DNA of 32,000 bases from Kineococcus radiotolerans SRS30216 = ATCC BAA-149 (GCF_000017305.1 NC_009664.2:270001-302000); one strand, 5' to 3'. Shown: positions 8,726 through 18,214, counted from the first letter of the stretch. Translations and numbers: made by a program. The notes: generated from the sequence alone by a model not told the origin.

Positions 8726-9502
8726 GTGTCCGCCGTCCTGACCACCACCACCCTGCAGGGCCGCGTCGCCGTCGTCACCGGCGCCTCCAGCGGCATCGGC
8801 GAAGCCACCGCCGAACGCCTGGCCGCCCTCGGCGCGAAGGTCGCCGTCCTCGCCCGACGCAAGGACGAGCTGGAGGCTCTCGCCGAACGCATCACCGCTG
8901 CCGGCGGCACCGTCCTGACCCTGCCCACCGACGTCACCTCCCGGGAGGAGATGGCCGCCGCCGCCGAGGCGGTCCAGCGGCAGTTCGGCACCGTCGACCT
9001 CGTCTTCGCCAACGCCGGGGTGCAGCTCATCTCCGAGATCGACGCCCTGCGGGTGGACGACTGGCAGACCCAGATCGACCTGAACATCAAGGGCGTCATG
9101 AACACCATCGAAGTGTTCGTCCACTCCCTGGAGGCCGCGGCCGCGGCGGGAGGCCCGGCGGACCTCATCACCACCTCCTCCATCGCCGCGACCCGGGTCC
9201 TGCCGAAGTTCTCCGTGTACTCCGCCACCAAGGCCTACGTCAGCCACCTCACCCGCCTGCTGCGCACCGAACTGGGCGCCAAGGGCGTGCGGGTGGCCAC
9301 CGTGGAGCCGGGCATGGTCGACACCGAACTGCCCGACCACGTCACCGACCCCGACGCCAGCCGGCTCATGGCCGACCTGCTGCGCGACGTCGACTGCCTG
9401 CAGCCGGCGGACGTGGCCGAGACGGTGGCGTTCGTGGCCTCGGTGCCCACGCACGTCAACCTCACCGAGATCACCGTCCTGCCCACCGCCCAGGCCGTCT
9501 GA
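8726..9502 (+). CDS. SDR-family oxidoreductase
   Basis: The GTG at 8726 follows the RBS GAAGGAGA. The sequence contains VVTGASSGIGEATA, ANAG and YSATKAYVSH. It is the in-frame tail of track ORF 7481..9502. Confidence 0.9.
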   Translation: MSAVLTTTTLQGRVAVVTGASSGIGEATAERLAALGAKVAVLARRKDELEALAERITAAGGTVLTLPTDVTSREEMAAAAEAVQRQFGTVDLVFANAGVQLISEIDALRVDDWQTQIDLNIKGVMNTIEVFVHSLEAAAAAGGPADLITTSSIAATRVLPKFSVYSATKAYVSHLTRLLRTELGAKGVRVATVEPGMVDTELPDHVTDPDASRLMADLLRDVDCLQPADVAETVAFVASVPTHVNLTEITVLPTAQAV

Positions 9503-9525
9503 CCCGGCACGGTCCCGGAGGTCCG

Positions 9526-9560
9526 CCCGCCCCCGGGTCGCCGCCGCGACCGGGGGCGGG
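9526..9560 (+). terminator. GC-rich hairpin after the second SDR gene
   Basis: CCCGCCCCCGGGTCG pairs with CGACCGGGGGCGGG, giving a stem of about 14 bp with one bulge. It lies 24 nt after the stop. There is no U tract. Confidence 0.4.
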
Positions 9561-9690
9561 TGGATCGGCCCGGAACCCCGGCCGAGCCGGGGCGCGAACA
9601 CGCTCGGCCGCACCCGTCCCGGCGGACGGCGAGTGCGGCGAGGCTGCGCCGGCCGCTCCGCCCCTGCCCGTCCCGCTCCAAGGAGTGATC

Positions 9691-11310
9691 GTGTCCACCC
9701 ACGTGCTGCTCGTCGTGACCACCGTCGTGGTGGCGCTGGCCCCGGCCCTGGCCCGGCGCGCTCACCTGCCGGCTCCCTCGGTGCTGTTCCTGCTCGGTTG
9801 CGCGCTGGCCGTGCTGCCCTCCGGCGGGCAGGTGCACCTGGAACCGGAGTTCGTGCTGCTGGTGCTGCTGCCGGTCATCCTGTACTGGGAGGGGTACACC
9901 ACCTCCGTCCAGCACGCCTGGCGCTACCGGCGCGCGATCCTGCTGACCGCGGTGCCCCTGGTCATCGCCACCGCCGCCGTCGTCGCCGTGACCGCCCACG
10001 CCCTGGGCCTGAGCTGGACCGCCGCCTGGATCCTGGGGGCGGTCGTGGCCCCCACCGACGCCAGCGCGGTCGCCGCCTACTCCCGGGCTCTGCCGCTGCG
10101 GTTGACGACCATCCTGCGCGGGGAGTCCCTCATCAACGACGGCACCGCGCTGGTCCTCCTCGGCATCGCCGTCTCCGCCGCCGGAGGAGCCGACGTCAGC
10201 CTGGCCTCGGCCTCGGGGGAACTGGCCTGGTCCTACGCCGGCGGCACCGCGGTGGGCGCGCTCGTCGCCGCGGCCGGCCTGCTCGCGGTGCGGCGCGTGC
10301 GCGACCCGCTGGTCCTGGCGGCGGTCTCGGTGGCCGAACCGTTCGCGGCCTCGGTGCTGGCCGAGACCGTGCACGCCTCCGGTGTCGTGGCCGTCGTCGT
10401 CTGCGCGCTGGGCATCAGCCGCGCCGCCCGGCGGGCCGTCCCCGCCGCCGGGCGCCTGCAGGTGCACGCCTTCTGGGAGACCACCAGCTGGCTGGTCAAC
10501 GGCGCCCTCTTCGTCCTCGTCGGTCTGGAGGCGCGCGCCGTCTTCGACTCCCCCGGCGTCGACGGCGGACGGGCGCTGCAGCTGGTCGGGCAGGGGCTGC
10601 TGCTGGCCGCGGTGATCGTCGCCGTGCGGGTGGCGTGGTTGTTCCTCACCGCCTGGCTGGTGCGGTTGCTGGACCGCCGCCCCGCCCAGCGCGAACTGCG
10701 GGTGCCGTGGCGGCTGCGAGTGGTCGCCGCCTGGTCCGGCATGCGCGGCGGCGTCTCCCTGGCGGCGGCGTTGTCGGTGCCCGTCAGCGTCGGGGAAACC
10801 CCCTTCCCCGGGCGCGAGGCCGTCCTGGTGCTCACCTTCGTCGTCGTCGGCGCCACCCTGCTGGTCCAGGGCGCGACCCTGCCCGCCGTGATCCGCTGGG
10901 CCCACGCCCATGACAGCCGGGACGAGGAGACCGCCGCACTCACCGCGGCGGTGAGTACCTTGGGCCGGGCTGCCGAGGAGCACCTGCGGCTCCACGCCGA
11001 GCACCACCCCGGCGACCGCGCCGTCGTCGAGCACCTGCGCCGGCACCTGCACCCGTCCCGAACCGGGGCGGGGGAGCAGATCCACCCGGAGCGGCTGAGG
11101 CAGCTGCGTCGCTCGACGCTGGCCCGCCAGCGCGAGGTCCTGGCCGCGATGGTGCGTGGAGGTGGGCTGGAGGACACCCAGCTGTGGCGCCTGCAGGAGC
11201 GGCTCGACCTCGACGAGGCCCTCCTCCTCGCCGAGGACGACCTGCCCTCCCCCGCGGCCGGCCCGCCCGCGCAGCGCACGACCCTCGGGGCGAGCGGGGT
11301 GCCGCGGTGA
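9691..11310 (+). CDS. Na+/H+ antiporter (CPA1/NhaP-type) with a C-terminal cytoplasmic domain
   Basis: The roughly 540-aa ORF has about 12 hydrophobic segments, e.g. ..APTDASAVAA.. and ..GESLINDGTALV... I prefer the GTG at 9691 (AAGGAG 5 nt upstream) over the track start at 9685, which overlaps the RBS. Confidence 0.85.
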   Translation: MSTHVLLVVTTVVVALAPALARRAHLPAPSVLFLLGCALAVLPSGGQVHLEPEFVLLVLLPVILYWEGYTTSVQHAWRYRRAILLTAVPLVIATAAVVAVTAHALGLSWTAAWILGAVVAPTDASAVAAYSRALPLRLTTILRGESLINDGTALVLLGIAVSAAGGADVSLASASGELAWSYAGGTAVGALVAAAGLLAVRRVRDPLVLAAVSVAEPFAASVLAETVHASGVVAVVVCALGISRAARRAVPAAGRLQVHAFWETTSWLVNGALFVLVGLEARAVFDSPGVDGGRALQLVGQGLLLAAVIVAVRVAWLFLTAWLVRLLDRRPAQRELRVPWRLRVVAAWSGMRGGVSLAAALSVPVSVGETPFPGREAVLVLTFVVVGATLLVQGATLPAVIRWAHAHDSRDEETAALTAAVSTLGRAAEEHLRLHAEHHPGDRAVVEHLRRHLHPSRTGAGEQIHPERLRQLRRSTLARQREVLAAMVRGGGLEDTQLWRLQERLDLDEALLLAEDDLPSPAAGPPAQRTTLGASGVPR

Positions 11311-11371
11311 CGGCGACCGGTCTCGCGATCCCGCCGGGGACCGCGGGAACCGGCGGTCGGCGCACCGGCGG

Positions 11372-11396
11372 CCGTCCACCCGGCCGGGGTGGACGG
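11372..11396. terminator. Hairpin between convergent genes (candidate bidirectional terminator)
   Basis: CCGTCCACC-cggccgg-GGTGGACGG forms a 9-bp perfect stem. Confidence 0.4.
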
Positions 11397-11418
11397 TGCG
11401 CGGCGGGGGGTTCCCCGC

Positions 11419-11892
11419 TCAGGAGGCGAGCGTGCGGCGGAGGGCCGGCCGGGACGCGGGACCCGGGGTGCGGGCCCGGCGCGCGGCCCAGGCGATGAGC
11501 GGTGAGCCGATGAGCGTGGGCAGCACCCAGGCCAGCGGGCTGGACCAGTTCACCATCGACGCCGCGGTGACGAAGGAGACGTAGGACCCGGCCGTGAGGG
11601 AGATGTGCAGGGGCAGCCACCCGGGGCGGCGGCGACGGGCGACGACCCACCCCGCGAGAGCCGCGGCCTCGGTGGCCACCGCGATGGCCACCAGACCCCA
11701 CGGGGTCGTGACGGCGGTGCCCGCCAGCACCAGCGCGGTCGACGTCATCAGCGCGACCGCCCCCTGGTAGGCGCGCCCGAGGCGCACGTGCCAGCCCCGG
11801 CGTCGGCGGGCCAGGAGCGCGGCGGCCCCGATGAGCAGGCCGGCGCACCCGGCCCCGACGTGGGCCGCCAGCAGCAGGGCGTGGACATCCAT
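11419..11892 (-). CDS. Small integral membrane protein (4 predicted TM segments), function unknown
   Basis: From the ATG at 11892 it reads MDVHALLLAAHVGAGCAGLLIGAAALLA... The RBS AAGGGAAGG lies upstream. It is divergent from the PadR gene. Confidence 0.7.
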   Translation of the reverse strand: MDVHALLLAAHVGAGCAGLLIGAAALLARRRRGWHVRLGRAYQGAVALMTSTALVLAGTAVTTPWGLVAIAVATEAAALAGWVVARRRRPGWLPLHISLTAGSYVSFVTAASMVNWSSPLAWVLPTLIGSPLIAWAARRARTPGPASRPALRRTLAS

Positions 11893-11996
11893 GACGTACC
11901 TTCCCTTGTGGACGGTGTCCTCGCAGCATCGTCCGTCCACAGTGGACTGTCAAGGGAACGGCGCCGCCGGGACGACGACGCGCACGGGGAGACGGG

Positions 11997-12575
11997 GTGG
12001 TCATGGGCGGCATCAACGCCACGGTGGGCTCGCTGCTGGGGTTCCTGCACGAGGGCCCGCAGTCGGGGTGGGACCTCATGGTGACCGCCCAGGAACGCAT
12101 CGGGGACTTCTGGTCCCTGACCCGCAGCCAGGTGTACCGGGAGCTGGCGAGCATGGCCACCGCCGGTCTCATCACCACCGACTCGACGGGACCCCGGGAC
12201 CGACGCGCCTACCGCCTCACCGACGCGGGGCGCTCGGCGTTCGCGCAGTGGCTGTCGCAACCCCCGGGCGAGGAGCAGATCCGCTACCCGCTGCTGCTGA
12301 CCCTGGCCTTCGCCCGGCACCTGCCCCCCGAGCAGCTCACCGCCTTCCTCGCCTCCCACCGCGCGCTGCACCAGTCGCGCTGGGAGGCCTACCGGGCCCA
12401 GGAACAGCGGGCACGTGCCGCCGGTGCCGGCGACGTCGACCTGGTCACCCTCGACTTCGGGTTGCGCTACGAGCGGGCCGTCCTCGACTGGTTCGACGGC
12501 CTGACCGGCACCTTCGCCACCGGTTCCCACCCCACCACGACCGGTCCGGACGATCGGGGCGGGAACCGGCCCTGA
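11997..12575 (+). CDS. PadR-family transcriptional regulator
   Basis: ..LLGFLHEGPQSGWDLMVTAQERIGDFWSLTRSQVYRELASMATAGLIT...RRAYRLTDAGRSAF..W is a PadR winged helix. A C-terminal PadR_C-like domain follows. The start could instead be the ATG at 12003. Confidence 0.9.
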   Translation: MVMGGINATVGSLLGFLHEGPQSGWDLMVTAQERIGDFWSLTRSQVYRELASMATAGLITTDSTGPRDRRAYRLTDAGRSAFAQWLSQPPGEEQIRYPLLLTLAFARHLPPEQLTAFLASHRALHQSRWEAYRAQEQRARAAGAGDVDLVTLDFGLRYERAVLDWFDGLTGTFATGSHPTTTGPDDRGGNRP

Positions 12576-12596
12576 CGGGGCGCGCGGCGCGGCGAG

Positions 12597-12629
12597 CCGG
12601 GAGCCGGCGTTCGAGACGCCGGCTCCCGG
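12597..12629. terminator. Strong bidirectional terminator hairpin between convergent genes
   Basis: CCGGGAGCCGGCG-ttcgaga-CGCCGGCTCCCGG forms a 13-bp perfect stem with a 7-nt loop. Confidence 0.6.
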
Positions 12630-12651
12630 GGGCCCGTTCAGCGGGGGAACC

Positions 12652-13521
12652 TCATCGCCGGGGGATGCTCAGCGTGAGCTGCTGGGCGCCGGTGTGCACC
12701 GCGTCCTGCACGTCGATCCGGTACAACCCCGAGGTCGGCAGCGTCACCGTCACGTCGCTCTGGTTCCGGCTCTTCGTGGTGTGCAACGGGGTCCCGTCCG
12801 GGGCGATCAGCGCGAACGTCCCCGTGGAGGAGCCGTCGAGCTGGATCCGGGCGCGCTGCCCGGCCTTCGCCTCGAAGGTGTACGCCGCGCGGTCCTGCGG
12901 GCCGACCTTCGCCGTCACCGACGCGCTGGTGCGACCGGCCGGGAAGTCGATCTTCGTGGCCTCGGCCACCACCGGCAGGTCCCCGTGCACCCCACCCCCG
13001 TTACCCGGCTCGGTCCCCGTGCTGGGCTTCGCGGGCTTGGTCGGTTTGACGGGCTTGGTGCTGGCCGGGATGGACAGGTCCAGGCGGTAGCTGGAGGGGC
13101 GGGTGGAGACGATGTCCACGTAGTAGCGCCCCGTCTCGGGCAGGCGGTAGGTGAAGTCCGACTGCCGGGAACTGTGCGCGTCGTGCACGGCCGGGCCCGA
13201 GGGCCCGACGAGGGTCCAGGTCTGGGCGGAGGTCGAGCGGGCCAGGTGGAAGCTGGCGGTCTGCCCGGCCTTGGCGTCGAAGACGTAGCGGTCGTCCTCC
13301 CCGGGACCGACCGTCCCCTTCACGCTGGCGGCGGTGGCGCCGTGGGCGAAGTGGATGACCGTGGCGGCGGGGACGCCGTGGGCGCCGGAGCCGGTACCGG
13401 TGCCGGTGACCGGGCCGGCGGCGCTGGCCACGCCGGCGCCGGCGAGCAGTGCGGCGGCGGTGAGGACACCGGCGGTGACGACCTTGCGGTGGCGGGAGAT
13501 CTGGGACAGCTGGGTGTTCAT
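12652..13521 (-). CDS. Secreted protein with two tandem homologous beta-sandwich-like (pre-peptidase C-terminal-like) domains
   Basis: It has a Sec signal peptide (MNTQLSQISRHRKVVTAGVLTAAALLAGAGVASA/AG). Two roughly 100-aa repeats share F..G.T.ASV...VGP.D...Y.F.AKAGQ......L......T..L..P.G......S.....D.T..LP..G.Y..D......SIP. A KPVKPTKPAKP linker joins them. Confidence 0.8.
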   Translation of the reverse strand: MNTQLSQISRHRKVVTAGVLTAAALLAGAGVASAAGPVTGTGTGSGAHGVPAATVIHFAHGATAASVKGTVGPGEDDRYVFDAKAGQTASFHLARSTSAQTWTLVGPSGPAVHDAHSSRQSDFTYRLPETGRYYVDIVSTRPSSYRLDLSIPASTKPVKPTKPAKPSTGTEPGNGGGVHGDLPVVAEATKIDFPAGRTSASVTAKVGPQDRAAYTFEAKAGQRARIQLDGSSTGTFALIAPDGTPLHTTKSRNQSDVTVTLPTSGLYRIDVQDAVHTGAQQLTLSIPRR

Positions 13522-14018
13522 GGTGCTCGTGCCCTTTCGAACGAGGGCGGAGGTTCGGTCGCGCTGTCTGCGTGCCCGGCTCCGTCACAGGTCAGGACGC
13601 AGCGGGTCCCGCAGCTGTTACACCGACCTCGGAACAGCACCTCGCGAGCCGCCGCCCGCGGCGGCCGACCGACGACACGCCGCATCGCAACCCGCTCACG
13701 AGCGCCGTGGTCGCGGGGCGGTCGGGCGCGGACGCCGCGGCGAACCCGTACCGGCCGGGAACCGCACGCGAAGGGGGGACCACGCGCGGCAGCACCCCCG
13801 TCGCCACGGCGAGGGGCGAGGCCGGGTGGTCCGCAGCGGCGGCAACCAGACCCCACCAGGGTCAGGCTGGAGGGCTCACCCAGCCCCCGGCCTCCGGCAG
13901 GATGCTGTTCCTGAGCAGCGGCCGCACGGAACTCGAGGATTTCTTCCGGCCCTCGAGGGGCGCCCCTCAGGACCGGCCTGCGCCGACCTGCTCCTACGTC
14001 ACCGACAGGAGTCCTCCC

Positions 14019-14996
14019 GTGTCCGGAAACCCCAGGAACATCTCCCTCGAACCCGCCGCCCAGGCGTTCGTCGACGCCACCAGCGAACCCCCCTTCCTCT
14101 ACCAGCTCGCTCCCGAGGGCGGGCGCAAGGCCGTCGACTCCGTCCAGGACGAGCCGATCGACAAGCCCGAGGTCGACGAGCAGTGGATCACCGTCGATGG
14201 CGGGCCCACCGGCAGCGTCCCGGTGCGGATCGTCAAACCCCTCGGCACCACCGGAACTGGAACCGGTGCTGCGCTGCCGGTGATCGTCTACACCCACGGC
14301 GCCGGCTGGGTCTTCGGCAACGCCCACACCCACGACCGCCTCGTGCGCGACCTCGCCGTCGGCACCGGTGCCGCCGTGGTGTTCCCCGAGTACGACCGCT
14401 CCCCCGAAGCCCGCTACCCGGTCGCCAACGAGCAGTCGTGGACGGCGCTGCAGTGGGTCGTGCGCGAGGGCGCCGCCCACGGCCTGGACGCCTCCCGCAT
14501 CGCGGTGGCCGGGGACTCCGTCGGCGGCAACATGGCCATCGCGTTGACGCTGATGGCCAAGGAACGCGGCGGGGTCGACCTGCGCGCGCAGGTGCTGTTC
14601 TACCCCGTCACCGACGCCGCCTTCGACACCCCCTCCTACCACGAGTTCGCCAACGGCTACTTCCTCACCCGCGAAGGCATGCAGTGGTTCTGGGACCAGT
14701 ACACGACCAGCGACGCCGACCGCGCGCAGATCACCGCCTCCCCCCTGCGCGCCAGCACCGGACAGCTCACCGGCCTGCCCCCCGCGCTGGTCATCACCGC
14801 CCAGGCCGACGTCCTGCGCGACGAGGGCGAGGCGTACGCGGTCAAGCTGCGCGAGGCCGGGGTCCCGGTCACCCAGGTGCGTTACCAGGGCATCGTCCAC
14901 GACTTCGTCATGGTCAACGCACTGCACCAGACCGAGGCGGCGAAGGCCGCGGTCGCGCAGGCGGTCGCCACCCTGCGCACCGCGCTGCACGGCTGA
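14019..14996 (+). CDS. Alpha/beta hydrolase, hormone-sensitive-lipase-type esterase
   Basis: The GTG at 14019 follows GACAGGAG. The sequence contains VYTHGAGWVFG (HGGG-type oxyanion motif), GDSVGGNM (nucleophile elbow), then DVLRDEG and HDF. The long N-terminal extension in the track has poor codon bias. Confidence 0.9.
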   Translation: MSGNPRNISLEPAAQAFVDATSEPPFLYQLAPEGGRKAVDSVQDEPIDKPEVDEQWITVDGGPTGSVPVRIVKPLGTTGTGTGAALPVIVYTHGAGWVFGNAHTHDRLVRDLAVGTGAAVVFPEYDRSPEARYPVANEQSWTALQWVVREGAAHGLDASRIAVAGDSVGGNMAIALTLMAKERGGVDLRAQVLFYPVTDAAFDTPSYHEFANGYFLTREGMQWFWDQYTTSDADRAQITASPLRASTGQLTGLPPALVITAQADVLRDEGEAYAVKLREAGVPVTQVRYQGIVHDFVMVNALHQTEAAKAAVAQAVATLRTALHG

Positions 14997-15054
14997 CCTG
15001 CCGGACCGGTGGCCCTGCGCCGCGACTCCCCGCCGAGAGGAACCTGACGTCCCC

Positions 15055-16239
15055 GTGCCCACGAGCACCCGAAACCCCCTCCTGCTCCGAGGGGCCGCCG
15101 TGACCGCCGTCGCGGTCCTGTCCCTGAGCGCGTGCGGCTCGTCGCCGCGGGCCGCCGCCGCGGAGGCGTCCGCGGGGCTGGACCCGGCCGCCGCGGCAGC
15201 GGGCGCCGAGGCGCGTTCCGAGGACGGTCCGGCGGCCGCCGCCGGGGCCGCGGGGCCGATCACGGTCGCCGTCGCCGGCGACGTCCACTTCGAGGGTTCC
15301 AGCGCCGCGGCGCTGGAACCCGGCGCCCTGGCGGCCGTCGCCGGGGTCCTCTCGGCCGCGGACGTCAGCGTCGTCAACCTCGAGACCGCCGTCACCGGAC
15401 GCGGCACCGCCGCCCCCAAGCGGTACACCTTCCGCGCTCCGCCGAGCGCGCTGGCGGCGCTGGAGCAGGCGGGCGTGGACGTGGCGGCCATGGCCAACAA
15501 CCACAGCCTCGACTACGGCCCGGTGGGCCTGCGCGACACCCTGGCCGCCAGCCGGACCGAGGGGCTGCCGGTCATCGGCGTCGGGGAGGACGCCGACGCC
15601 GCGTACGCCCCGTGGACGACGACGGTGCGCGGGCACGACCTCGCCGTCTTCAACGCCACCCAGGTCCTCGACGCCTCCCTGGCCACGGCGTGGACGGCCA
15701 CCACCGCGCAGGGGGGCGTGGCGTCGGTGAAGACCGACGCGGGCCGCCGGCGGTTGCTGACCGGGGTGCACGAGGCCCACGAGCGCGGCGCCTCGGTGGT
15801 GGTGGTCCTGCACTGGGGGGCCGAGCGCACCTCCTGCCCCTCCCCGGCGCAGGAGTCGCTGGCCGACGACCTCGTCGCCGCCGGCGCGGACGCCGTCGTG
15901 GGCTCGCACGCCCACCAGCTGCTGGGGGCGGGCTGGAAGCGGGCCGGTGGGCGCAGCGGGTACGTGGACTACGGGCTGGGCAACTTCGTCTTCTACGCCC
16001 GCGGCGGGGTCGCGGCCCGCACCGGGGTGCTGACCCTGACCCTTCCCGGCCGGACGACGCCGGCGCCGGCGGGGACGGGGGCCGCGGCCGGTGGCCGGGC
16101 CGCGCCCGGGGCCCGGTGGCAGCCGGCGGCCATCCGCTCCGGGGTACCGGTGCCGCTGACCGGCGCCGCCGCCGAGGGAGCGGTCGCGGAGAAGGACGCC
16201 CTGCGTTCGTGCACCGACCTCGGCGCCCGCCCCTCGTGA
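15055..16239 (+). CDS. CapA-family (poly-gamma-glutamate capsule synthesis-like metallophosphatase) lipoprotein
   Basis: The lipobox is LSLSAC. Other motifs are ..VAVAGDVHFE.., VVNLETA, ANNHSLDYG, LHWGAE and GSHAHQ. Confidence 0.9.
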   Translation: MPTSTRNPLLLRGAAVTAVAVLSLSACGSSPRAAAAEASAGLDPAAAAAGAEARSEDGPAAAAGAAGPITVAVAGDVHFEGSSAAALEPGALAAVAGVLSAADVSVVNLETAVTGRGTAAPKRYTFRAPPSALAALEQAGVDVAAMANNHSLDYGPVGLRDTLAASRTEGLPVIGVGEDADAAYAPWTTTVRGHDLAVFNATQVLDASLATAWTATTAQGGVASVKTDAGRRRLLTGVHEAHERGASVVVVLHWGAERTSCPSPAQESLADDLVAAGADAVVGSHAHQLLGAGWKRAGGRSGYVDYGLGNFVFYARGGVAARTGVLTLTLPGRTTPAPAGTGAAAGGRAAPGARWQPAAIRSGVPVPLTGAAAEGAVAEKDALRSCTDLGARPS

Positions 16240-16303
16240 CCGCGCCCGGGGCTGGGCGGGGAACAAGCCCCCGGGGTCGCGCGTTGCGATCGACGTCAGG
16301 TAG

Positions 16304-16315
16304 TTGAGACTTCAA
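16304..16315. promoter_or_regulatory. AT-richest spot of the window, with imperfect palindrome TTGAGACTTCAA, 23 nt upstream of the LLM start
   Basis: GTAGTTGAGACTTCAAATACACGAG is a local GC trough in a roughly 74% GC background. It is a candidate promoter or operator. No clear TANNNT box is visible. Confidence 0.25.
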
Positions 16316-16337
16316 ATACACGAGTCAGGAGCACACC

Positions 16338-17480
16338 ATGCAGTTCGGGGTCTTCAGCGTCGGGGACGTCACCCTCGACCCCACCACCGGGCGGGTGCCC
16401 ACCGAGAACGAGCGCATCAAGGCGCAGGTCGCCATCGCCCGCAAGGTCGAGGAGGTCGGCCTGGACGTCTACGCCACCGGCGAGCACCACAACCCGCCCT
16501 TCGTCCCCTCCTCGCCCACGACCCTGCTCGGCTTCATCGCCGCCGCCACGCAGCGCATCGTCCTCTCCACCGCCACCACGCTGATCACGACCAACGACCC
16601 GGTCAAGATCGCCGAGGACTACGCGATGCTGCAGCACCTGGCCGACGGGCGCGTCGACCTGACCCTGGGCCGCGGCAACACCGGCCCGGTCTACCCCTGG
16701 TTCGGCAAGGACATCCGCGAGGGCCTCGCCCTGGCGGTGGAGAACTACGACCTGCTGCGCCGGCTGTGGCGCGAGGACGTCGTCGACTGGCAGGGGAGGT
16801 TCCGCACCCCCCTGCAGTCCTTCACCGCCACCCCTCGTCCCCTCGACGGCGTGGCCCCCTTCGTGTGGCACGGTTCCATCCGAACCCCCGAGATCGCCGA
16901 GCAGGCCGCGTACTACGGCGACGGCTTCTTCCACAACAACATCTTCTGGCCCACCACCCACACGCAGCAGATGGTGCAGCGCTACCGCCAGCGCTTCGAG
17001 CACTACGGCCACGGCCCCGCCGACACCGCCATCGTCGGCCTGGGGGGTCAGTTCTTCGCCCGCAAGAACTCCCAGGACGCTGTGAAGGAGTTCCGCCCCT
17101 ACTTCGACGTCGCCCCCGTCTACGGCCACGGCCCCTCCCTGGAGGAGTTCACCGCCCAGACCCCGCTGACCGTGGGCAGCCCGCAGCAGGTCGTCGAGCG
17201 CTACGCGTCCATGCGCGAGCACGTCGGGGACTACCAGCGCCAGCTGTTCCTCATCGACCACGCCGGTCTGCCGCTCTCCACGGTCCTGGAGCAGATCGAG
17301 ATCCTCGGCGGGGACATCGTGCCGGCCCTGCGGAAGGAGATGGCGATCGGGCGCCCGGCGCACGTGCCGGACGCCCCCACCCACGCCTCCCTGGTCGCCG
17401 CCGCCGGCGGCGCCCACGACGGCACCGTCCACGCCGTGGACGACGTCACCGGGCGGCGCGCCGAAGAGGCCCACGCGTGA
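16338..17480 (+). CDS. LLM-class (luciferase-like) FMN-dependent monooxygenase
   Basis: MQFGVFSVGDVT.DPTTG...ERI......A...EEVGLDV...[13 protein letters not shown] is a typical luciferase-like N-terminus. As I recall, this is the CE1758-type family that partners with an FMN reductase. Confidence 0.9.
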   Translation: MQFGVFSVGDVTLDPTTGRVPTENERIKAQVAIARKVEEVGLDVYATGEHHNPPFVPSSPTTLLGFIAAATQRIVLSTATTLITTNDPVKIAEDYAMLQHLADGRVDLTLGRGNTGPVYPWFGKDIREGLALAVENYDLLRRLWREDVVDWQGRFRTPLQSFTATPRPLDGVAPFVWHGSIRTPEIAEQAAYYGDGFFHNNIFWPTTHTQQMVQRYRQRFEHYGHGPADTAIVGLGGQFFARKNSQDAVKEFRPYFDVAPVYGHGPSLEEFTAQTPLTVGSPQQVVERYASMREHVGDYQRQLFLIDHAGLPLSTVLEQIEILGGDIVPALRKEMAIGRPAHVPDAPTHASLVAAAGGAHDGTVHAVDDVTGRRAEEAHA

Positions 17481-18163
17481 GCGCCCCGGTACTGGTGGAC
17501 ACCCCGATCGGGGGGAACGGGCACGAGCACCGCCGTCTGGCGGTCGTCTCCGCCGGTCTGCGCGAACCCTCCAGCACCCGTCTGCTCGCCGACCGCCTCA
17601 CCGAGGCGGCGGTGGCGGCGCTGGCCGCGGGCGGGGCGGACGTGGACGTCACGGTCGTGGAGGTGCGTGAGCACGCCCACGACCTGGTCAACGCGCTGAG
17701 CACCGGTTTCGCCTCCGCGACCCTGCAGGAGGCCCTGGCCACGGTCACCGGCGCGGACGGCCTCATCGCCGTGACCCCCGTCTTCTCCGGCTCGTACAGC
17801 GGTCTGTTCAAGACGTTCTTCGACGTCGTCGAGGACGGGGCGCTGGCGGGTCTTCCGGTCCTGCTGGGGGCCACCGCGGGAACCGTCCGGCACTCCCTGG
17901 CCCTCGAGCACGCGGTGCGACCGCTGTTCGCCCACCTGCGCACCCTCACCGTCCCCACCGGCGTCTTCGGCGCCACCGAGGACTTCGGCGCCACCGGTTC
18001 CGGCACCGCGAGTTCCGGCACCGCGCCGGTCCCACCGCTGACCGCCCGCGTCCAGCGAGCCGGGCGGGAGCTGGCGCCGCTGGTCCTGGCCCGTCCCCCC
18101 CGCCGCACCCGGCCGGTGCTGGCGGCCCCCACCCCCTTCGAGCAACTGCTGACCGGTCGCTGA
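17477..18163 (+). CDS. NADPH-dependent FMN reductase (LLM-partnered, CE1759-like)
   Basis: There is a GTGA overlap with the LLM stop. The sequence contains ..RRLAVVSAGLREPSSTRLLADRL.., ...LIAVTPVFSGSYSGLFKTFFD... and ATAGT.RHSLALEH. Confidence 0.85.
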   Translation: MSAPVLVDTPIGGNGHEHRRLAVVSAGLREPSSTRLLADRLTEAAVAALAAGGADVDVTVVEVREHAHDLVNALSTGFASATLQEALATVTGADGLIAVTPVFSGSYSGLFKTFFDVVEDGALAGLPVLLGATAGTVRHSLALEHAVRPLFAHLRTLTVPTGVFGATEDFGATGSGTASSGTAPVPPLTARVQRAGRELAPLVLARPPRRTRPVLAAPTPFEQLLTGR

Positions 18164-18214
18164 CCCGGTGCCGATGGCCAGGACGACGGACAGCAGGCAG
18201 GACGGAGCACACCC

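Noticed and set aside
9235-11379. A 714-aa minus-strand ORF, and several similar long shadow ORFs (5884..7332 -, 16296..17474 -, 17231..19441 -, 24076..25614 +, 19314..21131 +, 1490..3430 +, 13518..15500 -).
   Set aside because: All lie antisense to genes with unmistakable family motifs. Their composition (G/R/D/P/H runs) is typical of antisense frames in high-GC DNA.
13572-14018. A long N-terminal extension of the esterase, as offered by the track ORF 13572..14996.
   Set aside because: The extension is Arg/Pro/Ala/Thr-rich with weak third-position bias. A GTG with a GACAGGAG RBS at 14019 gives a protein of canonical HSL-esterase length.
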